From Octopus sinensis (Eukaryota), in the NCBI RefSeq assembly GCF_006345805.1, contig NW_021833283.1:12905-76904 (forward strand): a stretch of 64,000 bases of DNA, read 5' to 3'. The position numbers and the translations under genes are program-made. This document shows positions 42,319 to 54,904 of this stretch, piece by piece. The notes under the pieces were generated by a model, which saw only the letters and a list, made by a program, of their open reading frames with translations, made no database searches and was not told the origin of the DNA. Position 1 is the stretch's first letter, and each line of letters starts with the position of its first letter.

Positions 42319-42500
42319 TAATAATAATAATGATAACAGCAACAACAACATCGAAAAATACCTTAGGAATGAGAACCCAGGTTCTAAATTTCCCCCCAGG
42401 CACCTGATGAAGGCTGGAGGGTATATCAGCCGAAATGTTGTGTTAACAACAAAGATGAGGACAAGTATCCATCAATTTTAAATAATGTAAATAAGGTAAA
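42240..42500 (+). mobile_element. SINE family E copy (head mostly lost; (AAT)n linker; hammerhead-bearing tail)
   Basis: CAGTGACCT-(AAT)n-ACATCGAAAAATACCTTAGGAATGAGAACCCAGG.. is colinear with the reverse complement of 53801-54076. Confidence 0.85.
42399..42444 (+). ncRNA. Minimal type I hammerhead ribozyme motif (PLE-type)
   Basis: GGCAC-CUGAUGA-A-GGCUG(loop)CAGCC-GAAA-U-GUU^GUGUU; helices I and II pair, helix III reduced to A(C>U)GU. Confidence 0.75.
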
Positions 42501-43329
42501 TATTATGCTTGTATGTTTCAACACAGATAACTTTTACTTTGTTCTGTTTCTTTCACTGAGTACCCCCACGTGTGCTCGAGCAGATGAGTGGTCACTGGTC
42601 TGCTGATAAGGACAGTCTTATCACAATCCAATCACACCCAGCGATTTCACTGTTGTTTGATTGTTTATTTAAAAATAAAACCCACATCGGACAATGTAAT
42701 CCCACATGCACTTCAAAACAACGGAAAGTTACGCATGAATGCTTACGTTTTAGTTCTACTAAGCCAGGGATGATCTGGAGCTATACTACAGCATCATCAT
42801 ATTCTCCCAGCTACTAACGAACAATCCTCTATGCAACCGCCCTATTTGCTAGAAATAACAGCTATATGTGGGTGAGTCAAAGTTTTGGTCACATCTCTTT
42901 CATTTGTCAGTCAGTTAATTGTGGCTCTGAGGAAGAGAAAACCATGAAACTGTTTATTTTTAATCGGTCAACTATCGATTAATACGATAGAATTATGGAT
43001 TAACATAATTGAAATTCTAATACTTGATGAAAGCACATGCAAGTTAAAAAAATATTCGCCTTATCTGAGTCTGTTACATGTGAGTGTGAATGTTGGTAGG
43101 GGCGTGCCTGAGCGAATGAGGGTGTATAAATTGTGAATAGACTGTTACTTTTGAATATATGTACTGTATTCTCAAAAGCAGCAGTTCATTTACGATTTAT
43201 ATACACCCACGCTCACACACGCACACACATACACACACACACTCACACACATGCACATAATATACACATATAATATATATATATATGTTACTGTATATAT
43301 TTGTATTTTAATGTTTCACTAAAGACTGA

Positions 43330-44160
43330 ACTCTTTGCTTAAATTTAGACATATTTCCATTACCTAAGGTTTCCTCCAAGACTGTCTGATTTGTTTATTG
43401 TTCATTTCAAGATAAGAATTCTTTAGATTGCTTGATTGTTGGATTATATTCAAACTCAAAGTTATTAATTTCTGTGGAGTAAGACCTGATAGCCTTTGAT
43501 TTTGTATGCTCCAAGATGTGCGAGAAACCGTGCTTTTCTCTCCCACCATGGTTAAAGAGCATTGCTTTTAGATCTCCTTTAAAATATAATATCATGATTT
43601 TTAAAATCACTTTTGGGGCTAATAACTCCTTCACTCTGCTCCTTTGATTCTTTCATTTCACTTTTCTTGTTGCCTTTATCTTTCTGTGTACAGTCCTTGC
43701 CTAATATTTCTGCTTCTGTTTGTACTTTCTCCTGCATCTGTTATTTCTTTTACTCTTTCTTTTGATCCTTTTCCACTGTCTCTTCTCTTTGTGTGAATTC
43801 ATATAAGGGACACTCGGTCCTTGTGTGTCCTCATACTCCGCATAGATAGTAATTCGGTCTCCTTCCTTCCACTACAACATTTAACGTCATTTCTTTCTCA
43901 ACATCGATCTGGTAGGGGATTCCATCGATGTCTTCGATTGTGGCGACAAGCCACATTTCGACTCCAAATCCCCGCCATGTATTGTATGGATTGAGTATAG
44001 GACTAAGAAAATACGTATCTGTTCCAGCTCTTTATGATCGGAACTCATATTTGCATGGGGGTGGGGGTCTACTTTGTTTCAATTCCTCTGGGATCGAACA
44101 CACAAATGCTAATATTGATCTAATCTGTTAACCACTTTCCTGCCAAATATGTAACCTGTG
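43330..44160 (-). pseudogene. Decayed LINE ORF1 (L1/Tx1-like gag) with CCHC zinc knuckle
   Basis: Minus strand WRGFGVEMWLVATIEDIDGIPYQIDVEKEMTLNVVVEGRRPNYYLCGV*GHTRTECP (knuckle 43807-43851, first Cys>Tyr, internal stop), followed by a K/E-rich region; boundaries approximate. Confidence 0.68.
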
Positions 44161-44593
44161 CCATGCTAGAAATTATTATTGGTTACTTAGTCTTTTTTGA
44201 GTGAGAGAAGCGTTTAAGCACATCGCTAGTGCGACGGGTTTCATCATTTACGATAAATGCCAACCTCATTTCAAAGATAGGCATTGCCTTTCATTCTTTT
44301 GAGAGTGGACGAAACAATCTAAGGTACGTAGTTCTGATTATTGGCTGTTATATTTACGAAGTTCGTGACAAAGAAGATAGATAAGACATCATTAACGCTG
44401 TTATTATGGTTGTGCAGTTGTCCCACGTGAATCCTGGTTGAACGGATTCAGGTGCAAAATTGCATCTACCGTAAGTATCAAGTCACTGTTTATTTTATAT
44501 CAATGACTACTTCCTCCTTCACAAACGCACATACGCACACACATACACACACACACACTCACACACATACACATAATACACACATATAATACA

Positions 44594-44823
44594 TATTTCT
44601 TTATTACCCACAAGGGGCTAAACACAGAGGGGACAAACAAGGACAGACATAGGTATTAAGTCGATTACATCGACCCCAGTGCGTAACTGGTACTTAATTT
44701 ATCGACCCCGAAAGGATGAAAGGCAAAGTCGACCTCGGCGGAATTTGAACTCACAACGTAACGCAGACGAAATACCGCTAAGCATTTCGCCCGGCGTGCT
44801 ACCGTTTCTGCCAGCTCGCCGCT
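44594..44823 (-). mobile_element. SINE family A, young-looking
   Basis: Near-consensus; ACATATAATACA repeated at 44582-44593 and 44830-44841. Confidence 0.93.
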
Positions 44824-45315
44824 TTACATACATATAATACAGTATGCTATTTATGGGAGAGAGGTTGACATTTGTAACAAACTATGTTCTTCATAAGCAT
44901 TTCGTCATTAATAAGATTTTCTATTATTTTTCATGTAACTGGAGTTGTTGTTTCCTTAAGATCAAGTCACCATCTTATTAACAAAGGACGCGTTGGACAA
45001 TGTGATTTTTGGCTGCACTATTTCAGTCAAAAGGCGAATCGGAATATCTTTTGCTGTAGGCCCACTCTAAGATGGCAACTTTTGACTGAAGATGAAAGAT
45101 ATTTGGCAGAATATCTAGCCATGATCAAGAACAGGTTGAAAATGAAAGGACTTTTAGCTGCAGTCCTTCGACATACACATGACTAGATTGAAATGTTCGC
45201 GTTGTTATGTTATGAGTATTGTCGTAGTTGCTATCGTCTTTGCCGATGACCCATTGAGGTTGTTATTACTCTTGCTTCCTCTGCATTATTTGTACCTTCC
45301 TTCATACATTCTTTT

Positions 45316-45381
<66 letters not shown>

Positions 45382-45400
45382 GTTATTGTTATTATTATTA

Positions 45401-45431
<31 letters not shown>

Positions 45432-45494
45432 GTTGTTGTTGTTATTATTATTATTATTGTTGTTGTTATTATTATTATTATTATTGTTATTATA

Positions 45495-45977
45495 TGTTTG
45501 ACTTTTGCTTTACATTTGCACAAGCTGGCTCCAAGTCTCACCCAGAGACCTCAAGAGACAACCAGTTGGAGGTTCGTGTTGGTGTTATGCCTAGGGTGCC
45601 ATATATTTGGTTTTGTTCTTAGTGTTGTACTAGTGAATGCCTAAAAAATACATACGAAAATTATGCTTGTTTTAAAACTTGAGATTACATAGAAAGTATT
45701 TTCCGTAGGATATTAGAAGTTCCCATGAGCACTATCTTTTGAATTTCTGCCATTTTGGGGTTTCCTGGTATCTGAGTTAGATAGCAATCAACCCCTTTTG
45801 CTTTCATTCCCAGGGCACCTATGACAACAGGTATTGTTTTAGTCTTCAGGTTCAACATGTTGCTGATTTCTATTTCCAGATCTTTATATTTGCTCAGTTT
45901 CTGGTAGGTTTTTACAGATACGTCTCTATCGATTGGAACAGTCATATCAACGAGGAGGCATGTTTTTGTCTGAAGTC

Positions 45978-45980
<3 letters not shown>
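45495..45980 (-). mobile_element. R4/Dong-clade non-LTR retrotransposon, 5'-truncated (restriction-like endonuclease C-terminus plus 3' UTR)
   Basis: IDFRQKTCLLVDMTVP..KLSKYKDLEIEI..IPVVIGALG..IQKIVLMGTSNILRKILSM* (stop at 45685); (TAA)n on both sides. Confidence 0.88.
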
Positions 45981-46060
<80 letters not shown>

Positions 46061-46606
46061 GAGTGAGAGAGCAGTGCATGCCATCAAAGTGACACTGGAT
46101 TAAAATATACGAAGCCCAGTATACCCATCATGACTACCCGACCGATAAGGGAACACCAGGCACATGCATCACAACCATATGTGTGCGACATGGTGATCTC
46201 ATATGAAGATAAACAGCACATGACCTTGCAGGTGGGGCCCAGTTAGAATTTTGTTCTGGTCGAGTAACCTATCCCGCTCAAACGGTCCTTGAATAAAGGT
46301 TGTTTAAGGATGTTGAATGAAACACCTATGTTTCCAGAGGTGAATTATTCAAACTCCATAGAATCCCTCTCAACGCAAGGCTATGATGGTCCCCCACTAC
46401 TTCCGCTCGTGATCAGAGATGCACATATTGTCTGCCACTAAGGGACATGCTCAACTGGTAAAAGTCAAACAACTGATGAGCAAACTTGTGGTATTGAGCA
46501 GAATATTTGCTGTAGCCCATATTTTATACCAAGACAAAACAATGTACATGATAACACTTCCAAGCAGTTACGATCAGAGAGCCACTGCCTGGTACTGCAT
46601 CAGGGC

Positions 46607-46608
<2 letters not shown>
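46061..46608. mobile_element. Unclassified ~550-bp element embedded in (TAA)n
   Basis: GC-richer complex block with sharp borders to (TAA)n on both sides; no recognisable protein. Confidence 0.55.
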
Positions 46609-46691
<83 letters not shown>

Positions 46692-46761
46692 GTTATTATT
46701 ATTATTATTATTATTATTAGTAGTAGTAGTAGTATTATTATCATTATTATTATTGTTGTTG

Positions 46762-46831
<70 letters not shown>

Positions 46832-46900
46832 CATCATTATCATTATTATTATTATTAGTATTTTTGTTGTTGTTATTGTTATTATTATTGTTATTACACT
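46608..46900. repeat. (TTA)n microsatellite (also 45318-45490, 45980-46060, 47256-47380)
   Basis: Direct inspection. Confidence 0.95.
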
Positions 46901-47279
46901 ATTGTTAATTTTGTTGTCACTGCTATCGCCGGTTCTTACTGTTTGTTTTTGTAGTTCATTTTGTATTCTTTTTCTTTTCCTTTCATTACTTTATTGGTGA
47001 TGTTGTCGTTGATAATTTTGAGGTGTCTCTGCTCTTTTGTTTCATTACTTTTTTTCTGATGTTTCTGCTGTAGATTTTGCTATTATTATACTTATTTCAT
47101 TTTTGTTTGATTTTATCCTTGTTGCTCAAGCGTTAATATATTTTTTCACTCTCATTTTGGCCCATGCTAACCATATTCATATTGTTACTGTTGTTTGCAT
47201 TATACTGTTGTTGCTCTTTACTTTTATTTCATATAATTGTAGTTCTAATACAGCCTATTATTATTATTATTATTATTAA

Positions 47280-47324
<45 letters not shown>

Positions 47325-47329
47325 TGTTA

Positions 47330-47381
<52 letters not shown>

Positions 47382-48542
47382 CATTGACGGTCATGCAGGC
47401 ATTACATATTTTATTGTTGCAGATATAGTAATACTTGCTGACGTTGTTGTTGTAATTGGTGTTTTCATTTCATTTCAATATATAAAATATCATTTCTCAT
47501 TTTAGTTCTACCATAAAGCAAAAAAAAAAAAAAAACCAAAAGTCAAACAAATATCAAAATATAAAAAAAAGAAACCAACAAAGTGTAATAGAATAAAAAA
47601 CAAGAGAATCAAATATGGTCAAGAAATAAAAACAAAGAATCAGATGGAAAGTAATAAAACTACGTAAGGATATTTCTGTCAATTGGTACGTGTAAGTACG
47701 TATATACATATATGTAAATATATATATGTGTGTGTGGGTGTGTGGGTGTGTGTATGTGTGTGTGTTATATATATATATATGTATATGTATATGTATATAT
47801 ACAGATATATATATATGAACCTGTGTGTATATGTGTATGTTTGTATGTTGTGCGTATACGTTTTGCTGGTAGGTAGGTATGCAAGTATATGCAAAGTACG
47901 AATGAATATGCATATTTATTTCGTATAAGTATGTGCGTATCAGCCTGTATGCATATACACAGATATCTACACACATCTACGCCTATAATTCTTTCTGCTT
48001 CATTCTATTTTCTTTCTTTAATTTCACATACACATGCACACTAAGATTCACAAGCACTTTCACGTATGTATATATATATACATACATACAGTCACATACA
48101 CATGCACACATATGCGTTTCTGCATCTAAATCCATGTGTTTGTCTTGTGTGTGTGCATATGTGTGTTTATGTGTGCATTTATGTATTTATATATACGTCT
48201 ATGTGTATGTATGTTTGCATAGTTACAGAAAGCTATACGATATGACGGAAGCCGAAGCATTACGAGTCGTTACTCAGAGCATCTAGTTGCCTATTATGAA
48301 AAATATAATCCGAAATTATCGTATATAAATGTACAATGACATAGTATGAGTGAGCATATGTTCAGACTTGTGCATGTTTGTTTCTGTGTGTATCTGAGTG
48401 TCTGAGTTTGTGTGCATGTCACGTGTAAATATATATCAATAAAAAATACTGATATATATTAGTATCACATATGTGGCATTGTTGCAAAAATACAAACATA
48501 TATATATATATACTTATATATATACATATATATGTCTGCATG

Positions 48543-48607
<65 letters not shown>

Positions 48608-49453
48608 TGTATGCTGTTTTATATATACATAAATTTATATTCATATGTGTATGTGTGTATGATTATATATAAAAACTTAGTGGTGTGTGTGTCTGTTTCT
48701 ACGTGTGCATTCACATAAACACACACAAACACGTAAATTTATATGTGTTGGAATGAATGTTGGGGAAGGAAGTTGAAACAAAAGAAGTTGATGAAATACG
48801 AAGAAACAATTTCACAATTCACGAGGTTTTCAATCTATATCACGGTGGACAGTGTCCATTTGTTATAGAGCAACGGTCACCTATTGCTTATAACATTGTC
48901 AATATTTTACATTCTTTCACATTAAGCTCGCATGATTGTTTTTCCTCTCTCGCAGCCATTTTCTTGGGATTCGGCACTGTGTTTGTAGCTGAGATAATGA
49001 TGATGTTGATGATGTTATTGTCGGTGCTGGTGGTGGTTGCATCGATGATGGAGATTTTGATTGTGTTTGTGGACGTGGTCATGATGTTGTTGTTGTTTAT
49101 GATGACAATGATGATATTGGATAGTTATGAAAAAGAATTGATAACATGTTATAGGACTTATGCGTATGTCAATATATGTGTTATTGTGTATACATTTGTG
49201 TCAATGTATATTTGCATTTGTGTTGCGCGAACATTGCATATATGTGTGCGTGTACATATATGAATAAATACATCTACATACATGTACACCCTTTATAAAA
49301 TATACTCGTGTATATATATTTATATATATATATATATATACACATATATACATACATGTATATATGTACATCTATATATATATACATTTATATATATTAT
49401 ATATATATATATGTATATATGTATATATATGTGTGTATGTATATATATATATG

Positions 49454-49501
<48 letters not shown>

Positions 49502-51195
49502 CATGTACCTATATATATGTGTGTGTCTGTTTGAGTGTGTGTGTGTGCGCGTGGACCGGTGTGTGCCTGTGTGTATAATTGTTAAATTCTATTTGTGAGG
49601 GACTAACTGTCACTTTGTACGTGTACAGATATATTTTTATTTTCCGCTGAGCGATAATCTCTTTTCATATGCTGAATTCTCACTTGATTTCCTTTTTATT
49701 TAACTTATATAGCTATAATTTATTTTTTCGAAATACTTTTTTCTCATTCATCACAGGTTCGCATTACACGACCACATCTTCGTGTTCGGATTGTGTTTTA
49801 TATGTTATTTATTTCATTTGTAGAGTTCAGATGATACTTCTTCGAAATGTGGTAAGACTATATTTCTAGTATTTCAGTTTCAAAAATTGTTGCTTTGTGT
49901 TTGTTAGCATAAACTTAACTGTTGCTACTCATTCGAATGGTGTCTCTGAGAAATGACCTGCAATGTTTTACTGTTTTATATACGCTCATTATTTGTGCTT
50001 ACTCGTGCTTAAGCTTTTCCCACCAATAGAGTATAAATGATTCATCATTACAACGTACAATATCGTACAGTATGTGCCGCTGAAGGCACCTAAAAATACC
50101 AGACCGCATTTGGCAGAATGGATAGGATAATACTTTTGATTGAGCTTATGTTGGCTTCTCCTCACTGAAAACATATTTCTAAAACGATTTTTATTGGTCT
50201 TTATACCAAATGTGATTGCATTACCTGACTATGCATTAGTAATGCTATGAATATCAAAGCCAGCTATTTCTGGAAGTTGAGAGATTTTTTTTTCAGCCAG
50301 ACTATTGTAATTGACTGATTAGTGTGCAGTATCCATTTTATCGTATCCGATTTCTTTCTTTATATCAACTGCACTCTTCAAGATTAGCGCTACTGTTTAG
50401 TCATTTTAAATCAAGCCCTAAACCTATTAAAGTAATGAAATATATTTCGAATCGCATTATATCATTTCTGATACGACCACAATATTGCAACAACATATAT
50501 TGATAGATTAGAGGAAATGTTTAGTTTTTATAAAAAAATTTTTATATGAATCTCTCAATTCTGATGATAGAAACTAGAGATTTTCATGAAATGCAGTTAC
50601 TGTTTTAAAAACCATGAAAGACTAACCATTGAATGAATTTGTATTCAAAGTTACTGATACGATATATTAATATTGTTGGTGTGCATGAAGATTTTATATG
50701 TTTTTGTTGAGGTTTGTTTTTCTGTCCATTCAAATGCCGAGGTAAGTGGAACAGACTGAGATTCATTGGGCATAAACGTTTACCCATATATATACAAGGT
50801 GTCACTTGAAGTTTATCACATATATTAGGTATGTAATATCAAATGTGATTACATGTGATATTGCAATAAGAAACCAGATGCAAGACATTCAATGCAAGTA
50901 AATGTGTATTTGATTTAGTCGTTTCATATCCTTCAAAAACTCTTTACGTAATCAACCCCGTAGAAATAAATGTCAGGTTCAACGTTGATGGGCTTCCAAC
51001 TCAGAGAGTAGATGGGTGCCATACAATGCTACAAAATAACTAATTCTACTCGAAGTGCTACGCATTACCAAGTTATTCAACGGAGACTTTAAAATATGAA
51101 GATATGCATAAACATACATATATACATCTATACGTGTGTATCTGTGCGTGCATGCGAATGTAATAATGATATACCTATTTAATTAGTTCAGCACG

Positions 51196-51267
<72 letters not shown>

Positions 51268-51685
51268 ATGTATATTAGAGAAAAACCACTATTAAGAAAT
51301 TCAAACAATGATAGACGTAAATTACACCATATAGAAAAAACAAAAGATACGATAAAACATTTACCTAAATCTCAATAAAGTACATAATAATAATGCGTGG
51401 TAAATTTTATACTTTCTTTATCGTTTTTATTATTCCTGAGCGGGGGAGACATGGGGTTCCACATAAAATTTATCTAACTAAATTTCTTCACAACTAGGCG
51501 ATGACGAAATTGTTTTTGCATCGTTCAAACGCTATTTATTATTATTATTCCTTTTGTACTTCAAGAACACTCTTATTGAATTCTACTTAGCACAATTCCC
51601 TTATACATATTTTTACTTCCGAATATTTCAGATCATACATTTTCGTGAAGGAAACATTCCCTTGTCCTTACGTATTTGTGAAGGC

Positions 51686-51965
51686 TTGGTAGTTAGGGTG
51701 TTTGGCTCATGACCTTAAGGTCGCGAGTTGTGTCCTTGAGCAAGAAAATTTATTTCACGTTGCCACTCGGTTGGTAAAAATGGGCAGTCCTGTATTTCAA
51801 AGAACCAGCCTTGTCACACTCTGTCATGCTGTGTCTCCCTGAGAACTACGTTAAGTGAACACGGGTTTGTGGAGTGCTCACCCAAATGCACGTTAATTTC
51901 AGGAGCAAGCTGTTCCTTTGATCGGATTAACTGGAACCCTCATCATCGTAACCGACGGAGTGCCA
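51686..51965 (+). mobile_element. SINE with family D head region and C2-type tail (diverged)
   Basis: TGTGTCCTTGAGCAAG..TTTATTTCACGTTGC followed by CCTGTATTTCAAAG..GAGAACTACGTTAAG..CGTAACCGACGGAGTGCC. Confidence 0.82.
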
Positions 51966-53167
51966 GTCATATGTAGGAATGTATCACGTAGAAATATTCC
52001 AAATAGGTTACTAAGGTTTTCTTGTAGTTTGTCAGATGCTCAATGATAGTGATTTTTCCTCATAACAATTTGGGCTTATTCCATAGTAAACGAGATCCTT
52101 TCTTTCATAATAGTTCTAGCTCAACTTGCTTTAAATTTTCAGATGGGATGTTTAAAACATCCCAATATTCTGTAACTTAATTTTACATACGTCTTTCATA
52201 TGTCTTCTTTCCGTTCATAAACAGTTAAATGGAGAAATTATTTCAGACCTTTCTCTTTTAGATAGTGTATATCTTGGCTCGTGGACAAACTCTGCCGTTG
52301 TTGGATGATGTTTTTCTCTGAAGTGGATGATTCACACATTTTAAGGTAAAAAATTGAATCTTTCATCGAATCCCTTAAATTTTAGATTAAAACGTTACCA
52401 TCAATAACATTATACTATCACAGAATATACAACACTTCGTCTCATATTCATCACATTAAAATGCGCATGCATGGAAAATTGCATGATCACTTTCGAATCT
52501 CAGTTCTATGATTAAACTGTAATATATAATGAAATTCATAAACATCAGTGACATCGCCTTTTAATTCTGTAGAAAATGCCAAAGAATAAGGAGCGGATAT
52601 GAAAAAAATAGAAGTTGCAACCGGTGAAATTCTGTCTTATTCTGTACGGGAGTCTCTTGTTTAAATGTTATCCATTGAAACCTAAAGCCCAAAGAACTAT
52701 TAAAACTAAACATTATTGAATTGAAATTAGCTAGTTTCTAAGATACTTATGGGGAAGAGAAAAGGAAAGAAAAATGCGTATACATATCTATCTTATTTCT
52801 ATTCTTTTCTATTCTCATTCTCTCTTTCTTTTCTCTCTCCCATACACACCCACTCACAAAACCCATTTATGACTATCTTACTTTGTTGCTTTATACACAT
52901 ATTTACATACTAGTTATTGCTTCAATATGAATACGCCATTCAAGATACTGCCAGCACACCGCCTGGATTTACCTCGGATTTTAGCTCAGGAAGTGTACCT
53001 TCATTGAAGTACCAACGAACATCCATACCTTCTGGAATAAGATAAGTTGTGAACATTATTCTCCCGTCTGTATTCTACCTTTACTCATTATTCTGCTATT
53101 TACTCATTTATTCTTCTAATTCATTCCTTCAAAAGGGCAAATTTTCCCTGTCTGAAATATTCATTCA

Positions 53168-53241
53168 TTGTCTCTGATGACGGAATACCCGTGGACATGC
53201 TAACCAACCACTTGTGTTATCCCGGAAACGGCTGTAAATCT
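53168..53241 (+). ncRNA. Degenerate type I hammerhead motif with extended helix II, in a probable Penelope-like terminal repeat fragment (about 52870-53330)
   Basis: CUGAUGA (53174)-CGGAAUAC..GUGG..CCAC..GUUAUCCCG-GAAAC-GGCU-GUA; AATAAA about 25 nt downstream; helix I poor. Confidence 0.55.
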
Positions 53242-53451
53242 TCAAATTCACTTTACCCTAAATAAATCATTATAAATGACTTTGATTACTCGTTCTCTTT
53301 AGGTTGTGCTTTTTCCTCTAATATAATATATACTGTTATAATGGAACTCTCATAAGGATCCCTGGAATCAACATCAGCTGAGAATTTGGAACCTAATGGA
53401 CAACCAACTATAGCGCTTATCCAGCGTATATATATATATATATAAACCAGC

Positions 53452-53487
<36 letters not shown>

Positions 53488-53800
53488 CGCACTCTTTCTT
53501 CTCCCCTCTTTAATTCCTTCTTTCTCTCTCTTCTCCCCCCTTTGTTGCCTTCGTCCCTCTTTATATCAAGCAGACGTAAACGAGATGTTAATTGTTTACA
53601 AAGTGCTCGTTGGTCTGCTTTCAAATTCCGACAAGACGTACTTTTTGAAATGTGAACATAAAGAAAAAAAATCTCGGTCCTCGAGTTTATGTATTTGTTA
53701 GCGGTTCTCAAGTGTTTTCCTAGTTACATTTTTTAAAGTGAACACATAGGACATTTTCTAGACCCGTCAATATAGGGTCTAGATTTTGAAAGAATTCTCC

Positions 53801-53923
53801 ATTTTACATTATTTCCACTTGTTTGTTGTTAAAACAACGTTTCGGCTGATAAATCATCCACCCTTCATCAGGTGTCTTGGAGAAATTTCGAACCTGGGTT
53901 CTCATTCCTAAGGTATTTTTCTA

Positions 53924-53969
<46 letters not shown>

Positions 53970-54076
53970 TGTTGTTATTGTTGTTGTTGTTATTATTGTT
54001 CAGGTCACTGCTTGGAATCGAACGTGGAATCTTGAGATTAGTAGCCCGCGCTTTTAACCAATACGCCATATGTCCG
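53801..54076 (-). mobile_element. SINE family E: tRNA-Arg(ACG)-like head, (AAC/AAT)n linker, hammerhead-bearing tail
   Basis: Head GGACATATGGCGTATTGGTTAAAAGCGCGGGCTACTAATCTCAAGATTCCACGTTCGATTCC with A and B boxes; tail as in 42350-42490. Confidence 0.85.
53831..53876 (-). ncRNA. Minimal type I hammerhead ribozyme motif (mutated helices)
   Basis: GACAC-CUGAUGA-A-GGGUG..CAGCC-GAAAC-GUU^GUUUU. Confidence 0.7.
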
Positions 54077-54077
54077 T

Positions 54078-54232
54078 GGAATAAAAACCCAGTTTCGAAA
54101 TTTTCCCAAGATGAAGGCTGGCAGATATATCAGCCGAAACGTTGTGTTAACAACAAACAAAATAAGGACATATATCCGGAAAATGTAAATAATGTAAATA
54201 ATGTACATAATTGTTCATCTCTTAAATATAGA
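54078..54232 (+). mobile_element. Inverted, 5'-truncated copy of the family E tail abutting the SINE head
   Basis: GGAATAAAAACCCAG.TTCGAAATTT.CCCAAGA[7-nt deletion]TGAAGGCTG..CAGCCGAAACGTTGTGTTAACAAC. Confidence 0.85.
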
Positions 54233-54904
54233 TCTGGCTTCTCCATTTGTTATCGAATAGGTCCCTTTAAGTTTTTTAAGTTTTCAGACTAAAGCCGTAA
54301 GGGTTGTTGAATGCCTCTTGGCAAGGAACTAAAAATTCGAAAGATGATCGTTATATCTAGATTCAAATTTCCGTTCCACGGCTCCGATATAGCGTTCGAT
54401 GTTTGTACGACCGATGTCATAATTTTCTGAAACTTTTGTTTCACACACACGGGAAGATATATCGCATTCCTATTCTAGAGGACATTTAGATTTGTCTCTA
54501 CATGTGCATCCGGGGCAGGCTTGAGTCGTCCGTTGCTTATTGATATACGACTTAATATTAGGAGGACTAGAAAAGGTAACTTTTATTGTGTGGCTGTAAA
54601 ATATCTACACGCACGCATACACACACACACGCACACACATGCATATATAATCACACAAACCAACTAATATATATATAGTGAGGGATTATGAACCCGGGCA
54701 AAATACTTCATAAGATGTGTTGGTACACCAGGTTAACAATAATACCTGAATTAGTGAAGAGCATCAGGTAATCTTTTGGTAGGGCCCAAAGTTATGGTTC
54801 ACTACAATTCTATTTTGTAAATGCGTGGATAGGCTTCAGACAAACTAGTTTTTAAAGGGTGATATATAATAGTCATTATAAATAAATCCATTATTATAGC
54901 GAAT

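Noticed and set aside
52144-52164. 10-bp-arm palindrome
   Set aside because: Short, with no supporting context
54001-54076. Possible tRNA gene (also 10226, 17000, 35744)
   Set aside because: Acceptor and anticodon stems do not pair properly and each continues into a repeat body; these are SINE heads
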